This document shows positions 31,028-40,582 of a DNA stretch of 64,000 nucleotides, one piece after another; positions within the stretch are counted from its first letter, which is position 1, and the number at the start of each line of letters is the position of its first letter. The stretch spans positions 1 through 64,000 of the forward strand of contig JBJDXJ010000046.1 of assembly GCA_051866635.1 (NCBI GenBank), in the 5' to 3' direction. The DNA is from Clostridia bacterium (GTDB lineage Bacteria; Bacillota; Clostridia; UMGS1883). The translations under genes were made by a program, and so were the position numbers. The notes under the pieces are model-generated. The model had not been told where the DNA came from. It saw only the letters and a program-made list of their open reading frames with translations, and did not search any database.

Positions 31028-32569
31028 ATGAATGTACTTAATACTATCGCACAGTATAACGATGTAATTAACACATTCGTGTGGACTACTTTAGGTCTTG
31101 TGCTTTTAATCTGTACAGGTATTCTCACTACTGTAGTCACAAAGTTCTTCCAGGTTACACACATTAATCTTTGGTGGAAGCACACAATCGGCAGTCTTTT
31201 CCATAAAGACGTTATCGGTCATTCCAATGATAAAAAGTCCATCTCTCCTTTCCAGGCACTTTGTACAGCTCTTGCCGCTACAATAGGTGTTGGTAACATT
31301 GCCGGTGTTGCGGCGGCTATCGTTATCGGTGGTCCCGGTGCCGTTTTCTGGATGTGGGTTGCGGCATTTTTCGGTATGATGACAAACTATTCCGAAAACG
31401 TTTTAGGTATTTACTACCGTCGCAGAAATAAAGAGGGCGAATGGTCCGGCGGTGCAATGTACTACCTCCGTGATGGTCTCGGTGCAAAGAAGGGTTGCAA
31501 AACAATCGGTAAGGTGTTAGCAGTTCTCTTCTCCATCTTTACACTCTTTGCTTCCTTCGGTATAGGTGCAATGGGTCAGATTAACAAAATCGTTGTAAAT
31601 ATCGAATCTGCGTTTAAGATTAATGCACTTTCCAATATTGAGCTTTATGAAGGCGTAACAGCATATTCCGTAATTTTAGGTGCAGTTCTTGTTATTATTG
31701 CCGCACTTATCACTCTTGGTGGTCTTAAGAGAATTGCCGCCTTCGCAGAAAAAGTTGTTCCCTTCATGGTTGTGCTTTTCGTTACAGGCAGTATTTTATT
31801 AATCGGTATTAACTATGCCTCCATTATTCCTGCATTTAAGGCAATCTTCACAACAGCTTTGGGTATTGATGCAGTTGCCGGCGGTACTGTAGGTGTTGTA
31901 GTTTCCAAGGTTGTTCAGCAGGGCTTCAAGCGTGGCGTATTCAGTAACGAAGCAGGTTTAGGTTCCTCCGTTATGGTACACTCCAACTCCAACATTAAAG
32001 AACCTGTTAAGCAGGGTATGTGGGGTATATTCGAAGTATTTGCCGACACAATGGTAGTTTGTACAATGACAGCTCTCGTTGTTCTTACATCAGGTCTTTA
32101 CAGCCTTGATACATTTACTCTTGCTGAAGGCGTTACAGATGCTACACTTGTTGCACAGGCGTTCAACTCTGTATTCAGCTACGCCGGTATCGGTGCTAAG
32201 TTTATTGCAATTGCAATTGCACTCTTTGCCTTCACAACAGTTCTCGGTTGGGACCACTATGGTTCTAAGGCTTGGGAATATCTTTTCGGTACAAAGTCCG
32301 TTCCCGTTTATAAGGTTATCCACCTTGTAACTATTATGTTCGGTGCTCTCCTTACATCCTCCCTTGCTTGGGATATATCCGATACATTCAACGGTTTGAT
32401 GATGATTCCCAACCTTATCGGTGTAATTGTTCTTTCAGGCACTGTTTATAAGATTACAAAGAACTATATCGACAGAGAAGTTAAGCATAAGGATGTAAAG
32501 CCTATGCTCTCCGCCTTTGAAGATGTTCAGTCCCAGCAGGAAAAAGAATTAGAAAAAACTTCAAAGTAA
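31028..32569 (+). CDS. Alanine/glycine:cation symporter (AGCS/AlsT family)
   Basis: ALAATIGVGNIAGV, GGPGAVFWMW, RGVFSNEAGLGS, EVFADT, NGLMMIPNL; start at ATG 31028 downstream of riboswitch. Confidence 0.94.
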   Translation: MNVLNTIAQYNDVINTFVWTTLGLVLLICTGILTTVVTKFFQVTHINLWWKHTIGSLFHKDVIGHSNDKKSISPFQALCTALAATIGVGNIAGVAAAIVIGGPGAVFWMWVAAFFGMMTNYSENVLGIYYRRRNKEGEWSGGAMYYLRDGLGAKKGCKTIGKVLAVLFSIFTLFASFGIGAMGQINKIVVNIESAFKINALSNIELYEGVTAYSVILGAVLVIIAALITLGGLKRIAAFAEKVVPFMVVLFVTGSILLIGINYASIIPAFKAIFTTALGIDAVAGGTVGVVVSKVVQQGFKRGVFSNEAGLGSSVMVHSNSNIKEPVKQGMWGIFEVFADTMVVCTMTALVVLTSGLYSLDTFTLAEGVTDATLVAQAFNSVFSYAGIGAKFIAIAIALFAFTTVLGWDHYGSKAWEYLFGTKSVPVYKVIHLVTIMFGALLTSSLAWDISDTFNGLMMIPNLIGVIVLSGTVYKITKNYIDREVKHKDVKPMLSAFEDVQSQQEKELEKTSK

Positions 32570-32582
32570 TTTAATACAAAAA

Positions 32583-32620
32583 GAAACGCTCTAAAATTCT
32601 GAATTTTAGGGCGTTTTTTT
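32583..32620 (+). terminator. Intrinsic terminator
   Basis: AAACGCTCTAAAATT..AATTTTAGGGCGTTT + T tract. Confidence 0.75.
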
Positions 32621-32935
32621 GTATTGAATAGAATTTTCCAAATAAGCCAGATTAGAAATATTGTCCATCAAAACAAAGTTCTCTTTGCCTACCGAATACT
32701 GAGAATTTATATAGTCGTACAAAGGTCTGTATTCAAGCAGATGGTCAAACTCCGGCAAGTTAAAATTGATTTGAATAATATTGTGATCGGGTACATTTTG
32801 TTCAACATAATTTCTATATGCTTCCAGTAGCTTCGATTTTCCACTACGGCGAACACCGGTAATGACCTTGATATCCGGAGTACCGATTACACTGATTAGT
32901 TTGTCTAAATACTGATTTCGAGTAATAAGTTTCAT
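32606..32935 (-). pseudogene. Truncated AAA_14/DUF4143-type ATP-binding protein
   Basis: R..YLDKL, ITGVRRSGKS Walker A; similarity breaks at the Walker B position (FVLMD), then runs into the opposite terminator; family members are ~400 aa. Confidence 0.75.
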
Positions 32936-33028
32936 TATTCTTCACCTCTCTGTACAGTATTATATCACAAATACTTTCCATTTTCAATGAATTCTCAAAA
33001 ATGGTAAATAGAATTTTTAAATATTACG

Positions 33029-34531
33029 TTAATTCCGCAAATCTTTTCTTTCGTATAAGAAATATGTTCTGTCCTTTCCTTCAAAATAGAAGGATTCCTG
33101 TGCTACCACTTCGTACCCACATCCTATTACAAAATCATCTTGCTTGTCCTGACGCTTAACAACAAAGTCAACCTTTTTATCACGTATCAGGCTCTTCTGT
33201 TCATCATCCATACCGGGAACAAGAAGATTTGAACGGTAGAAGTATTTATTTATAGGTTTTATATCTGCCGCAAAATAAAAACCGCCATCTAAGAACTGAT
33301 AATTCAAAAGGGTGGGATTTTCCACCGAGTTTATTATTTTCGCAAATTTATACTGGGGCATATCCTCTTTTTTGTAGTCCATAAGATACACATTACTGCT
33401 TAAATTAAAGCACATAACAAAACAGACAACCACACTTATAACAGGTAATATACACATGGAATAATCTTCTTTTTGCTTTTCTTCTTTCTCTTGCACATAA
33501 AAAAGGTTCAAACACTCATCTGTCAAGCCAATGCTTAAAAATGCGAATACAGCTATTATCATAGCATAATATGAAAGGTAGCCCCCAAAATATATACCAA
33601 AGACTGCAGTTGTAAACGATGCTAAAATAAGAGAGGCTTCCTTTGCCTTGCCCTTAAAAAGGTACACAGCAACGGCCACATAAATGGGAATAACAAGGGC
33701 ATTGTTGTAATATGTCATGTTCAAAACCCTTGTGTGTACATTTTTGAGTTTCTCGCCTAATGATGCTTCATCACCGTAAAGGAAAATATTGTCGTAAAAG
33801 TAAACTTCCCACAAGTCTTTTAAGGCACCGTTCACCATGAAGTACACAAAAACAGGCAAACTGACAATAAGAAAACCTGCAATATTCCAAAGTATATCAA
33901 AAACACACTGTTCTTTTTCTTTCTTATAAAGCCTGTAAATGATACAAGTCAGATACGCACCAATATAAAAGCCAACCATTGTGAACTTCATCCAGAAAAC
34001 CACACCAACGCATGCACCTGCAATTATATGTCCGGTCTTTGAAAGTTTCTCATCCTTCATTATGCGAAGAAAATAATAAAGGCTGTAGCTTAAGGGCAAT
34101 AGTGCCAATTCCTCACAGCTTCCGCCATGTGTAAATGCTTTTGTCGTTAAAATAATAAGTGCTTGCACTGGCATCAATGTGTAAATGACCCACTTGTTTT
34201 TTATAAAAAGCTTTGCACTTTGCATGGAGAAAAACAACAGCCCTGAAATGCTTATTATTTCAAAAAGCCATACCCCAATAAATGAAGTGGAGGATATAAA
34301 CGATGAAAGCATAAATATAAAATATAACCAAGGTCCCTTGTGGTCAAATATATCCTTGTATAAAACTGCACCATCGCCCATTGATTTGCCTACCGTAAAA
34401 ATACAGTCCGTGTCCACCCAGTCATTCATGGGGTACAATGGTGAGCTTTTAGAGCATACAAGTAAAAATAAAATTGCCACAACTAAGGAAAAGCCTGCTT
34501 CTAATAATGTTATCTTTTTATTTTTGCACAT
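33029..34531 (-). CDS. Polytopic GT-C/GtrC-like membrane glycosyltransferase
   Basis: SSPLY..N.WVD..IFTVGK, LYKDIFDHKGP, many TMs; downstream of gtrA and GT2. Confidence 0.75.
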   Translation of the reverse strand: MCKNKKITLLEAGFSLVVAILFLLVCSKSSPLYPMNDWVDTDCIFTVGKSMGDGAVLYKDIFDHKGPWLYFIFMLSSFISSTSFIGVWLFEIISISGLLFFSMQSAKLFIKNKWVIYTLMPVQALIILTTKAFTHGGSCEELALLPLSYSLYYFLRIMKDEKLSKTGHIIAGACVGVVFWMKFTMVGFYIGAYLTCIIYRLYKKEKEQCVFDILWNIAGFLIVSLPVFVYFMVNGALKDLWEVYFYDNIFLYGDEASLGEKLKNVHTRVLNMTYYNNALVIPIYVAVAVYLFKGKAKEASLILASFTTAVFGIYFGGYLSYYAMIIAVFAFLSIGLTDECLNLFYVQEKEEKQKEDYSMCILPVISVVVCFVMCFNLSSNVYLMDYKKEDMPQYKFAKIINSVENPTLLNYQFLDGGFYFAADIKPINKYFYRSNLLVPGMDDEQKSLIRDKKVDFVVKRQDKQDDFVIGCGYEVVAQESFYFEGKDRTYFLYERKDLRN

Positions 34532-34937
34532 TTTTTCCACCTCTGAACACAATAAACTTGCTTAAAACATAATTTATTATAATTACAATCACATTTGTAA
34601 AAAGTTTCATATAAGTTCCGTTGAAATGAAAAATGTCCACCAAAAGCCACATCATCCCCACTTCTATGACGCCTGTGCCTATTCTGCACAGAAAAAAGTT
34701 TACCGCTTCGCCTAAAGCTTCTTTATTTTTCTTTTTGCTTTCAAACACAAACAGCTTATTTGTTACAAAAGCAAAGGTAACTGCAATAACCCATGCAATG
34801 ACTGTGCTTACAACATTAATTATATGTAATTTGTCATATGCAATGTGGTAGGAAATAACGTTTATAACAGTTGTCATTACTCCGAAAACCAAATATAAAA
34901 TTATACCTTTATACCTTTTCAGTAACTCTTTAATCAT
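34518..34937 (-). CDS. GtrA-family flippase-like protein
   Basis: YLVFGVMTTVIN, FAFVTNKLFVF, NYVLSKFIVF; four TMs. Confidence 0.9.
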   Translation of the reverse strand: MIKELLKRYKGIILYLVFGVMTTVINVISYHIAYDKLHIINVVSTVIAWVIAVTFAFVTNKLFVFESKKKNKEALGEAVNFFLCRIGTGVIEVGMMWLLVDIFHFNGTYMKLFTNVIVIIINYVLSKFIVFRGGKNVQK

Positions 34938-34953
34938 TTTTTGTCTGCTCCCA

Positions 34954-35673
34954 TTAAATATCGTCAAGTGTTTTATTTATCTTAATAAAATCCACCACAG
35001 CTTTTTCCCCGATTTTGAAGATTTTGGGCAGATTAATGGAATTTACCCCACCTTGCCTGGGGCGGAATGTTATGGGGATAAACTTAACCTTAAGCTTCTT
35101 TTTTACATATATAACAGACAAAATCACATTTGACAGATTAAATCCCTCAGGTATATATTTTATGTATTTGCCAAGGGTATCTGCCTTCATCAATCTAAAA
35201 GGAGTGTTTGCATCCGTAACTGTTACACCAAAACATATTTTTAAAACTGCCTTTAACACAAAGGTAACCATTTTTCGTGACAAACCGTCCTCACGCTTAT
35301 TACGGTTACCTATGACCAAATCATAATCATACCTTAAATCCCAGAACTTATGAAATTCAGAAGATAAAGTCTGCCCATCGGAATCTGTCTGGAAAATAAA
35401 ATCTGCCCCATTTTCAAGGGCGTAATTATATCCGTACAAAAGGGTTGCACCATGCCCTCCGTTTTCCTTTGTAAGCGGCAAAAAAAGAGGCTTGTCCTTC
35501 CCGTATTCGCACATTATCTCATAAGTATCGTCACGACTGCCATCGTTTATTATAACAAGCCTTGATTGCCCGCCACAGTTGTATTTTTCCACAATGGGGT
35601 ACCAGTCAGCAATAACCGATTTTATATTTTCCCTTTCGTTATATGCCGGAATAATTATGTATAATTTATCCAT
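34954..35673 (-). CDS. GT2 polyprenol-phosphate glycosyltransferase (GtrB/DPM-like)
   Basis: IIPAYNE, INDGSRD, NGGHG, QTDSDGQ, D.NTPFRL, FRPRQGG. Confidence 0.9.
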   Translation of the reverse strand: MDKLYIIIPAYNERENIKSVIADWYPIVEKYNCGGQSRLVIINDGSRDDTYEIMCEYGKDKPLFLPLTKENGGHGATLLYGYNYALENGADFIFQTDSDGQTLSSEFHKFWDLRYDYDLVIGNRNKREDGLSRKMVTFVLKAVLKICFGVTVTDANTPFRLMKADTLGKYIKYIPEGFNLSNVILSVIYVKKKLKVKFIPITFRPRQGGVNSINLPKIFKIGEKAVVDFIKINKTLDDI

Positions 35674-35828
35674 GTTAACACCTTCTTTTACTCATGGACT
35701 ATATTCTACCATATAATATACGTAAGTGCAAATGTTTTTATAGAATTTATACTATATTATGCTTGACAACTTTTTCTGCATATGATAGTATAAAATTACA
35801 AAATATTACAAATTCAGGAGGGTATTTT

Positions 35829-36443
35829 ATGGACAGAGTTACATTGAAGAAAACTGCGTTGGAACAGATTAAGGGCAAAATAGGACTTTTGTTCCTTATT
35901 GGGCTTATTCAAGTGGGATTTTCGATAGTTTTATCGTTTATTCCTGTGGTGGGAAATATCGTGTACAGCTTTGTTTTTGCACCTGCGTTCTTTCTTTCCG
36001 AGGCAATAATTTATTTAAAGCTTGTTAATGGGGAAGCATTTTCCGTGTCAGATGTTTTCGCAGGCTTTTATGATTTGTGGTCTGCTATAAAGGTTAGCTT
36101 TTTTATTACACTTTTTACATTTTTGTGGAGCCTTCTTTTCTTCATTCCCGGTATAATTAAGGGTATATCATACTCCATGTCTATGTATATTTTAGCTGAA
36201 AATAAAGGCATGGGTGCCCTTGAAGCAATTAGCCGTTCCAAGAAAATGATGCACGGTCATAAGATGGATTTCTTCGTTCTCCGGCTTTCTTTCTTAGGTT
36301 GGATAATTTTAGGTATTTTCACACTGGGTATTCTTTACATCTGGCTTGTCCCCTATATGAATGCAGCTTATCTTAACTTCTACAACAGCATTAAGCCTCA
36401 CAACGAAACTCAGAGCGTTAATGACGATTTTATCAGGGAATAA
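35829..36443 (+). CDS. DUF975-family membrane protein
   Basis: LWSLLFFIPGIIK..SYSM..YI.AEN, S.KMM.GHK, LW.VPY-like motif; promoter TTGACA(35763)-17-TAGTAT. Confidence 0.88.
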   Translation: MDRVTLKKTALEQIKGKIGLLFLIGLIQVGFSIVLSFIPVVGNIVYSFVFAPAFFLSEAIIYLKLVNGEAFSVSDVFAGFYDLWSAIKVSFFITLFTFLWSLLFFIPGIIKGISYSMSMYILAENKGMGALEAISRSKKMMHGHKMDFFVLRLSFLGWIILGIFTLGILYIWLVPYMNAAYLNFYNSIKPHNETQSVNDDFIRE

Positions 36444-36456
36444 AAGTGAATGGTAG

Positions 36457-36497
36457 AAAAAAACGACAACTTTCGAAATAAAGTTGTCGTTTTTTTT
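36457..36497. terminator. Bidirectional intrinsic terminator
   Basis: A7CGACAACTTT-cgaaat-AAAGTTGTCG-T8. Confidence 0.8.
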
Positions 36498-36577
36498 GTA
36501 AAAGCCAAACAATTTAGTTATCCGTGTTATTTATTAGATTATGCTATAAATTTATCTTCATTAGCGAAATATGCCTT

Positions 36578-36660
36578 TTACATTTGCGAAGCAAATATTT
36601 CACAACGAAGTTATTTCACAATGCGTTAGCATTATTTCACACGCCGTAAGGCGTATTTCG
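36578..36660 (+). repeat. Array of four mini-hairpins spaced by ATTTCAC
   Basis: ATTTGC-gaa-GCAAAT atttcac AAC-gaa-GTT atttcac AATGC-gtta-GCATT atttcac ACGCC-gtaa-GGCGT atttcg. Confidence 0.85.
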
Positions 36661-36696
36661 TTAAAAAAATGACTTGTCGAAACAAGTCGTTTTTTC

Positions 36697-36862
36697 TGGT
36701 GGATCTTTAGTTCGTACGTTAAGAAAACAGTCCGGTGGACTGTTTTTAGTCCGAAGTCCCTGCGTGCTGAAAACGAGCAACTCTTTGCGATGTTTGAAGC
36801 CGCCCGAAGGGAAGATTCACCAAAAAATGCCCTTTTGCATTGGCATGCAAAAGGGCATTTTT
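36697..36862. repeat. tRNA-tail element with direct and inverted copies of the tRNA-Ile2 3' end
   Basis: 36697-36710 matches 36863-36876 (13/14); 36811-36874 is a palindrome with 30 bp arms and 1 mismatch; AAAACAGTCC-ggt-GGACTGTTTT at 36724-36746. Confidence 0.75.
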
Positions 36863-36939
36863 TGGTGGATCTTCAGGGACTCGAACCCCGGACCGACCGG
36901 TTATGAGCCGGTAGCTCTAACCAACTGAGCTAAAGATCC
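36863..36939 (-). tRNA. tRNA-Ile2 (CAU anticodon, lysidine type; Met(CAU) less likely)
   Basis: 77 nt cloverleaf GGATCTTTAGCTCAGTTGGTTAGAGC...CT-CAT-AA...GTTCGAGTC...ACCA, body typical of Firmicute Ile2. Confidence 0.9.
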
Positions 36940-36941
36940 GT

Positions 36942-37017
36942 TGGCTCCTCCAGCTGGACTTGAACCAGCGACATCATGATTAACAGTCATGCGCTCTACC
37001 GACTGAGCTATAGAGGA
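36942..37017 (-). tRNA. tRNA-Asn (GUU)
   Basis: 76 nt cloverleaf TCCTCTATAGCTCAGTCGGTAGAGC...CT-GTT-AA...GTTCAAGTC...GCCA. Confidence 0.96.
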
Positions 37018-37039
37018 ATATTATTAAATCAGCTTTTTT

Positions 37040-37068
37040 ATTATAATACCATCAATAGATTTTGTCAA
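37040..37068 (-). promoter_or_regulatory. Consensus sigma-A promoter of the tRNA pair
   Basis: TTGACA-17 nt-TATAAT. Confidence 0.85.
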
Positions 37069-37200
37069 GGGGAAATGTTAAATTTTTTAGTAAATTTTTT
37101 AAATTTTCACCAAACTTTAACTTTACTTTTGCTTCAGTCGGTGTTATAATTCATTTTTGGTGTAGGACACCATATATTTTATTATAAGGAAGCGATCAAA

Positions 37201-38493
37201 ATGTCAAGTATTTTATTATCTGTTTCCATTGCCCTCTTGGGCGGTCTTTTGATGACTCGTGCGTTTAAGCCTTTGAAATTACCTTCTGTAACGGCATATC
37301 TTATTGCCGGTGTCCTTATAGGACCTTATTGCATAGGCAGAATCGGTATTTCCGGTATCGGCTTTAACACAATGGAGGCTGTAGAAGCTTTAGGTATTAT
37401 CTCCGAAGTTGCATTAGGCTTTATTGCCTTTTCAATCGGTAGTGAGTTCAGATTAAATGATTTGAAGAAAACAGGTAAGCAGGCAGTTGTAATAGGTATT
37501 TTTCAGGCTGTAGCTGCAACTATTTTAGTTGATTTAGCTCTTTATGTACTGTATCTTTTAATTCTGGGTGCGATTACTGTTCCCCAGCTTTTGACTTTAG
37601 GTGCAATCGCTACTGCAACAGCACCTGCGGCAACACTTATGGTTGTAAGACAGTACAAGGCAAAGGGTCCTTTGACAAACCTTCTTTTGCCCATCGTTGC
37701 ATTGGACGATGCTGTTGGTCTTGTAGTATTTGCCGTATCCTTCGGCATTGCAAAAACACTTATTTCAGGCACTGTTGACATGGTTTCTATCATTGTTAAC
37801 CCCTTGGTTGAAATTGTTGCATCTCTCCTTTTAGGTTCTGTTATGGGTTGGCTTCTTACTCAGCTTGAAAAGATGTTCAACTCCAACACAAACAGACTTA
37901 ACATGACAATTGCTTTTGTTATGATGACAGTTGCACTTTCCAAGTTGGAGTTTCATATAGGACCTGTACACATAGCATTTTCTTCACTTCTTGTATGTAT
38001 GATGCTCGGTACAATTTTCTGCAACATCTGTCCCCTTTCTCATGATTTAATGGGCAGATCCGATAAGTGGACATCTCCTCTTTCCGCACTTTTCTTTGTT
38101 ATCAGCGGTGCAGAATTGGAACTTAGTGTATTTACAAGTGCAATCGTTGTTTTAATCGGCGTTGTTTATATTGTATTCCGTTCCTTGGGTAAATATTTTG
38201 GTTCTTTTGTAAGTGCAAAGTTTACAAAGTGTGAACCTAATATATGCAAGTACTTAGGTATTACACTTCTTCCCCAGGCAGGTGTGGCATTGGGTATGTG
38301 CACATTGGCGGCAGAAGGACTTGGTGCAGATGGTACTCTTGTTCGTAACATAACACTTTTTGCAGTTCTTGTTTATGAACTTGTCGGTCCTTTGTTGACC
38401 CGTATGGCACTTACAGCCGCAGGTGATATTAAGCCCATGAGCGAAGAAGTAAAGATGAGAAGACATAACATGTTAAAAGAAGTAAATAAGTAA
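37201..38493 (+). CDS. Cation:proton antiporter (CPA family)
   Basis: ALGFIAFSIGSEF, ATAPAAT, VALDD, FFVISGA, LLPQAGVA; multi-TM. Confidence 0.88.
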   Translation: MSSILLSVSIALLGGLLMTRAFKPLKLPSVTAYLIAGVLIGPYCIGRIGISGIGFNTMEAVEALGIISEVALGFIAFSIGSEFRLNDLKKTGKQAVVIGIFQAVAATILVDLALYVLYLLILGAITVPQLLTLGAIATATAPAATLMVVRQYKAKGPLTNLLLPIVALDDAVGLVVFAVSFGIAKTLISGTVDMVSIIVNPLVEIVASLLLGSVMGWLLTQLEKMFNSNTNRLNMTIAFVMMTVALSKLEFHIGPVHIAFSSLLVCMMLGTIFCNICPLSHDLMGRSDKWTSPLSALFFVISGAELELSVFTSAIVVLIGVVYIVFRSLGKYFGSFVSAKFTKCEPNICKYLGITLLPQAGVALGMCTLAAEGLGADGTLVRNITLFAVLVYELVGPLLTRMALTAAGDIKPMSEEVKMRRHNMLKEVNK

Positions 38494-38650
38494 TTATTCT
38501 GAGCTGTTGCAGAGAAGATTTCATAATTCTCGGTAGCAGCTCAATTTCTTTCTTTTAAAATTTTTATTTACATTTTAATTCTTTTATAGTATAATTACTT
38601 TGCATTTAAATATAGAAAAACATCTGACTCTTTAAAATTGGAGGTTTGTT

Positions 38651-40417
38651 ATGGACATATTCTCAATACTTACACTTGCCGGGGGTCTGGCATTGTTTTT
38701 GTACGGTATGGACGTAATGACAGACAGTCTGAAAAAGTTAGCAGGCGGTAAGCTTGAGTTGATTCTTTCAAAGCTTACTTCAAACAGGTTCATCGGTTTC
38801 CTGCTGGGCTTTTTTGTAACTGCCGTTATTCAGTCTTCCTCTGCCACAACGGTTATGTTAGTTGGTTTTGTAAACTCAGGTATTATGAAGTTAGGGCAGA
38901 CTATTTCCGTTATCATGGGTGCCAACGTAGGTACTACCGTTACATCCTGGCTTTTAAGTTTGTCAGGTATTGGAGGTTCAGGTCCTTTATGGCTTCAGCT
39001 TTTAAAGCCTTCTTCATTTACACCTGTACTTATCGTAATCGGTGTAATAATGCTTATGACTTGTAAGTCCGACAAAAAGAAAAACATTGCAACTATTTTA
39101 GTAGGTTTTTCCGTTCTTATGTTCGGTATGGAAATGATGAGCGATGCAATGAGCGGTTTAAAGGACAGCGAGGCTTTCCGTAACCTTCTTATCACATTTG
39201 AAAATCCCATTCTTGCAATTTTAGCCGGTACTTTGCTCACTGCTGTAATTCAGTCATCTTCCGCATCTATCGGTATTTTGCAGGCATTGGCACTTTCCTG
39301 TGATATACCCTTTGCTGTTGCCGTTCCCATTATCTTAGGTCAGAACATAGGCACAACAATTACGCCTATTCTTTCATCAATTACAGGTAATACCGAGTCA
39401 AAGCGTGTTGCAACCGCCTGTCTTTACATAAAGATTTTAGGCGTTGGCATTGTTTACACATTGTTCTGTATCCTTAACGGTATTTTTGATTTTTCCTTTA
39501 TGTCAGGCAATGCTACCATTGCAAGTATCGCTGTTATACACACATCCTTCAACGTTATTTCTTCATTCATTCTTATCTTCTTCTGTAAGCCTATTGAAAT
39601 GCTTTCAATTAAGACTATCAGATCCAGAAAGGTTGAAGAAGTTTCCGAGTTTGGCATTCTGGATGATAGATTTCTTTCTATCCCCTCCTTCGCTGTTGAA
39701 AAGTGTCGTGAGATGGTTTGCGAAATGTCAAACAAAGCAAAGGATGCCGTTATCAATGCAACAAGTTTAATTGAGAATTACGAAAAAGAACGTGTTGAAA
39801 AAATTATCGAAAGTGAAAACCTTATCGACGTTTATGAAGATAAAATCAGCACATATCTTGTTAAAATCGCAAAATCTGACCTTTCTTCAAAAGACAGTAA
39901 GACAACAACAGAGCTTCTTCAATGTATAAGTGATATTGAGCGTATTTCTGACTATGCGGCTATTATTTCCGGAAACATTGATGAAATTAACAGAAACCAC
40001 TTAAAGTTTTCCGATTCTGCAATGTTTGAGCTTAAGACTATTGCTTCCGCAGTAACAGAGCTTTTAGGTTATACTCACAATGCACTTTTAAATAATGACC
40101 TTGAAGTAGCAAGAGAAGTTGAACCCTTGAGACAGGTTGTTGACAGGTTAAAGGTTAAGATTAAGACAAATCATGTTGTACGCCTTCAGGAAGGAAAATG
40201 TTCCATTGAAATGGGTCTTATCCTTTCCGACCTTTTGAACAACTATTCCCGTATTGCGGACCACTGTTCAAATGTTGCGGTCTGCCTTTTGGAAAGTGCC
40301 CGCGGCAGTATGGAAGCACACGGTTATCTTAACACTGTTGTTAACTCCGATGAGGACAAGTTCTTTACAGAAAAGTACAGACATTACAAGGATAAGTATT
40401 CAATAACAGCTAACTAA
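38651..40417 (+). CDS. Na/Pi cotransporter with PhoU domains
   Basis: Two QSSS repeats, GANVGTT/GQNIGTT, C-terminal DIERISD and SRIADH PhoU repeats. Confidence 0.93.
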   Translation: MDIFSILTLAGGLALFLYGMDVMTDSLKKLAGGKLELILSKLTSNRFIGFLLGFFVTAVIQSSSATTVMLVGFVNSGIMKLGQTISVIMGANVGTTVTSWLLSLSGIGGSGPLWLQLLKPSSFTPVLIVIGVIMLMTCKSDKKKNIATILVGFSVLMFGMEMMSDAMSGLKDSEAFRNLLITFENPILAILAGTLLTAVIQSSSASIGILQALALSCDIPFAVAVPIILGQNIGTTITPILSSITGNTESKRVATACLYIKILGVGIVYTLFCILNGIFDFSFMSGNATIASIAVIHTSFNVISSFILIFFCKPIEMLSIKTIRSRKVEEVSEFGILDDRFLSIPSFAVEKCREMVCEMSNKAKDAVINATSLIENYEKERVEKIIESENLIDVYEDKISTYLVKIAKSDLSSKDSKTTTELLQCISDIERISDYAAIISGNIDEINRNHLKFSDSAMFELKTIASAVTELLGYTHNALLNNDLEVAREVEPLRQVVDRLKVKIKTNHVVRLQEGKCSIEMGLILSDLLNNYSRIADHCSNVAVCLLESARGSMEAHGYLNTVVNSDEDKFFTEKYRHYKDKYSITAN

Positions 40418-40429
40418 TACTAATAATTC

Positions 40430-40467
40430 AAACACCTCAAAGTTTTCCGCTTTGAGGTGTTTTTTTC
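40430..40467 (+). terminator. Intrinsic terminator
   Basis: AAACACCTCAAAG...CTTTGAGGTGTTT + T tract. Confidence 0.78.
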
Positions 40468-40582
40468 CTTAGATTTATATAAAAAATTTACTTTTTTACA
40501 AAAAATTCATTATATTTAACTTGCAGGTTGTATATATTTCTGTTAAAATTACTATTAGTGTATTAAGTTAGGAGATAAAAAT

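Noticed and set aside
36578-36660. CRISPR mini-array
   Set aside because: Constant unit is only 7 nt, variable parts are 9-15 nt self-complementary stems, and there are no cas genes
32606-36862. Intact prophage or integrative element at the tRNAs
   Set aside because: No integrase or phage structural genes; the only att-like duplication spans 166 bp
36674-36928. 84 aa + strand ORF
   Set aside because: Overlaps the tRNA antisense and palindromic repeats; no RBS or protein-like features
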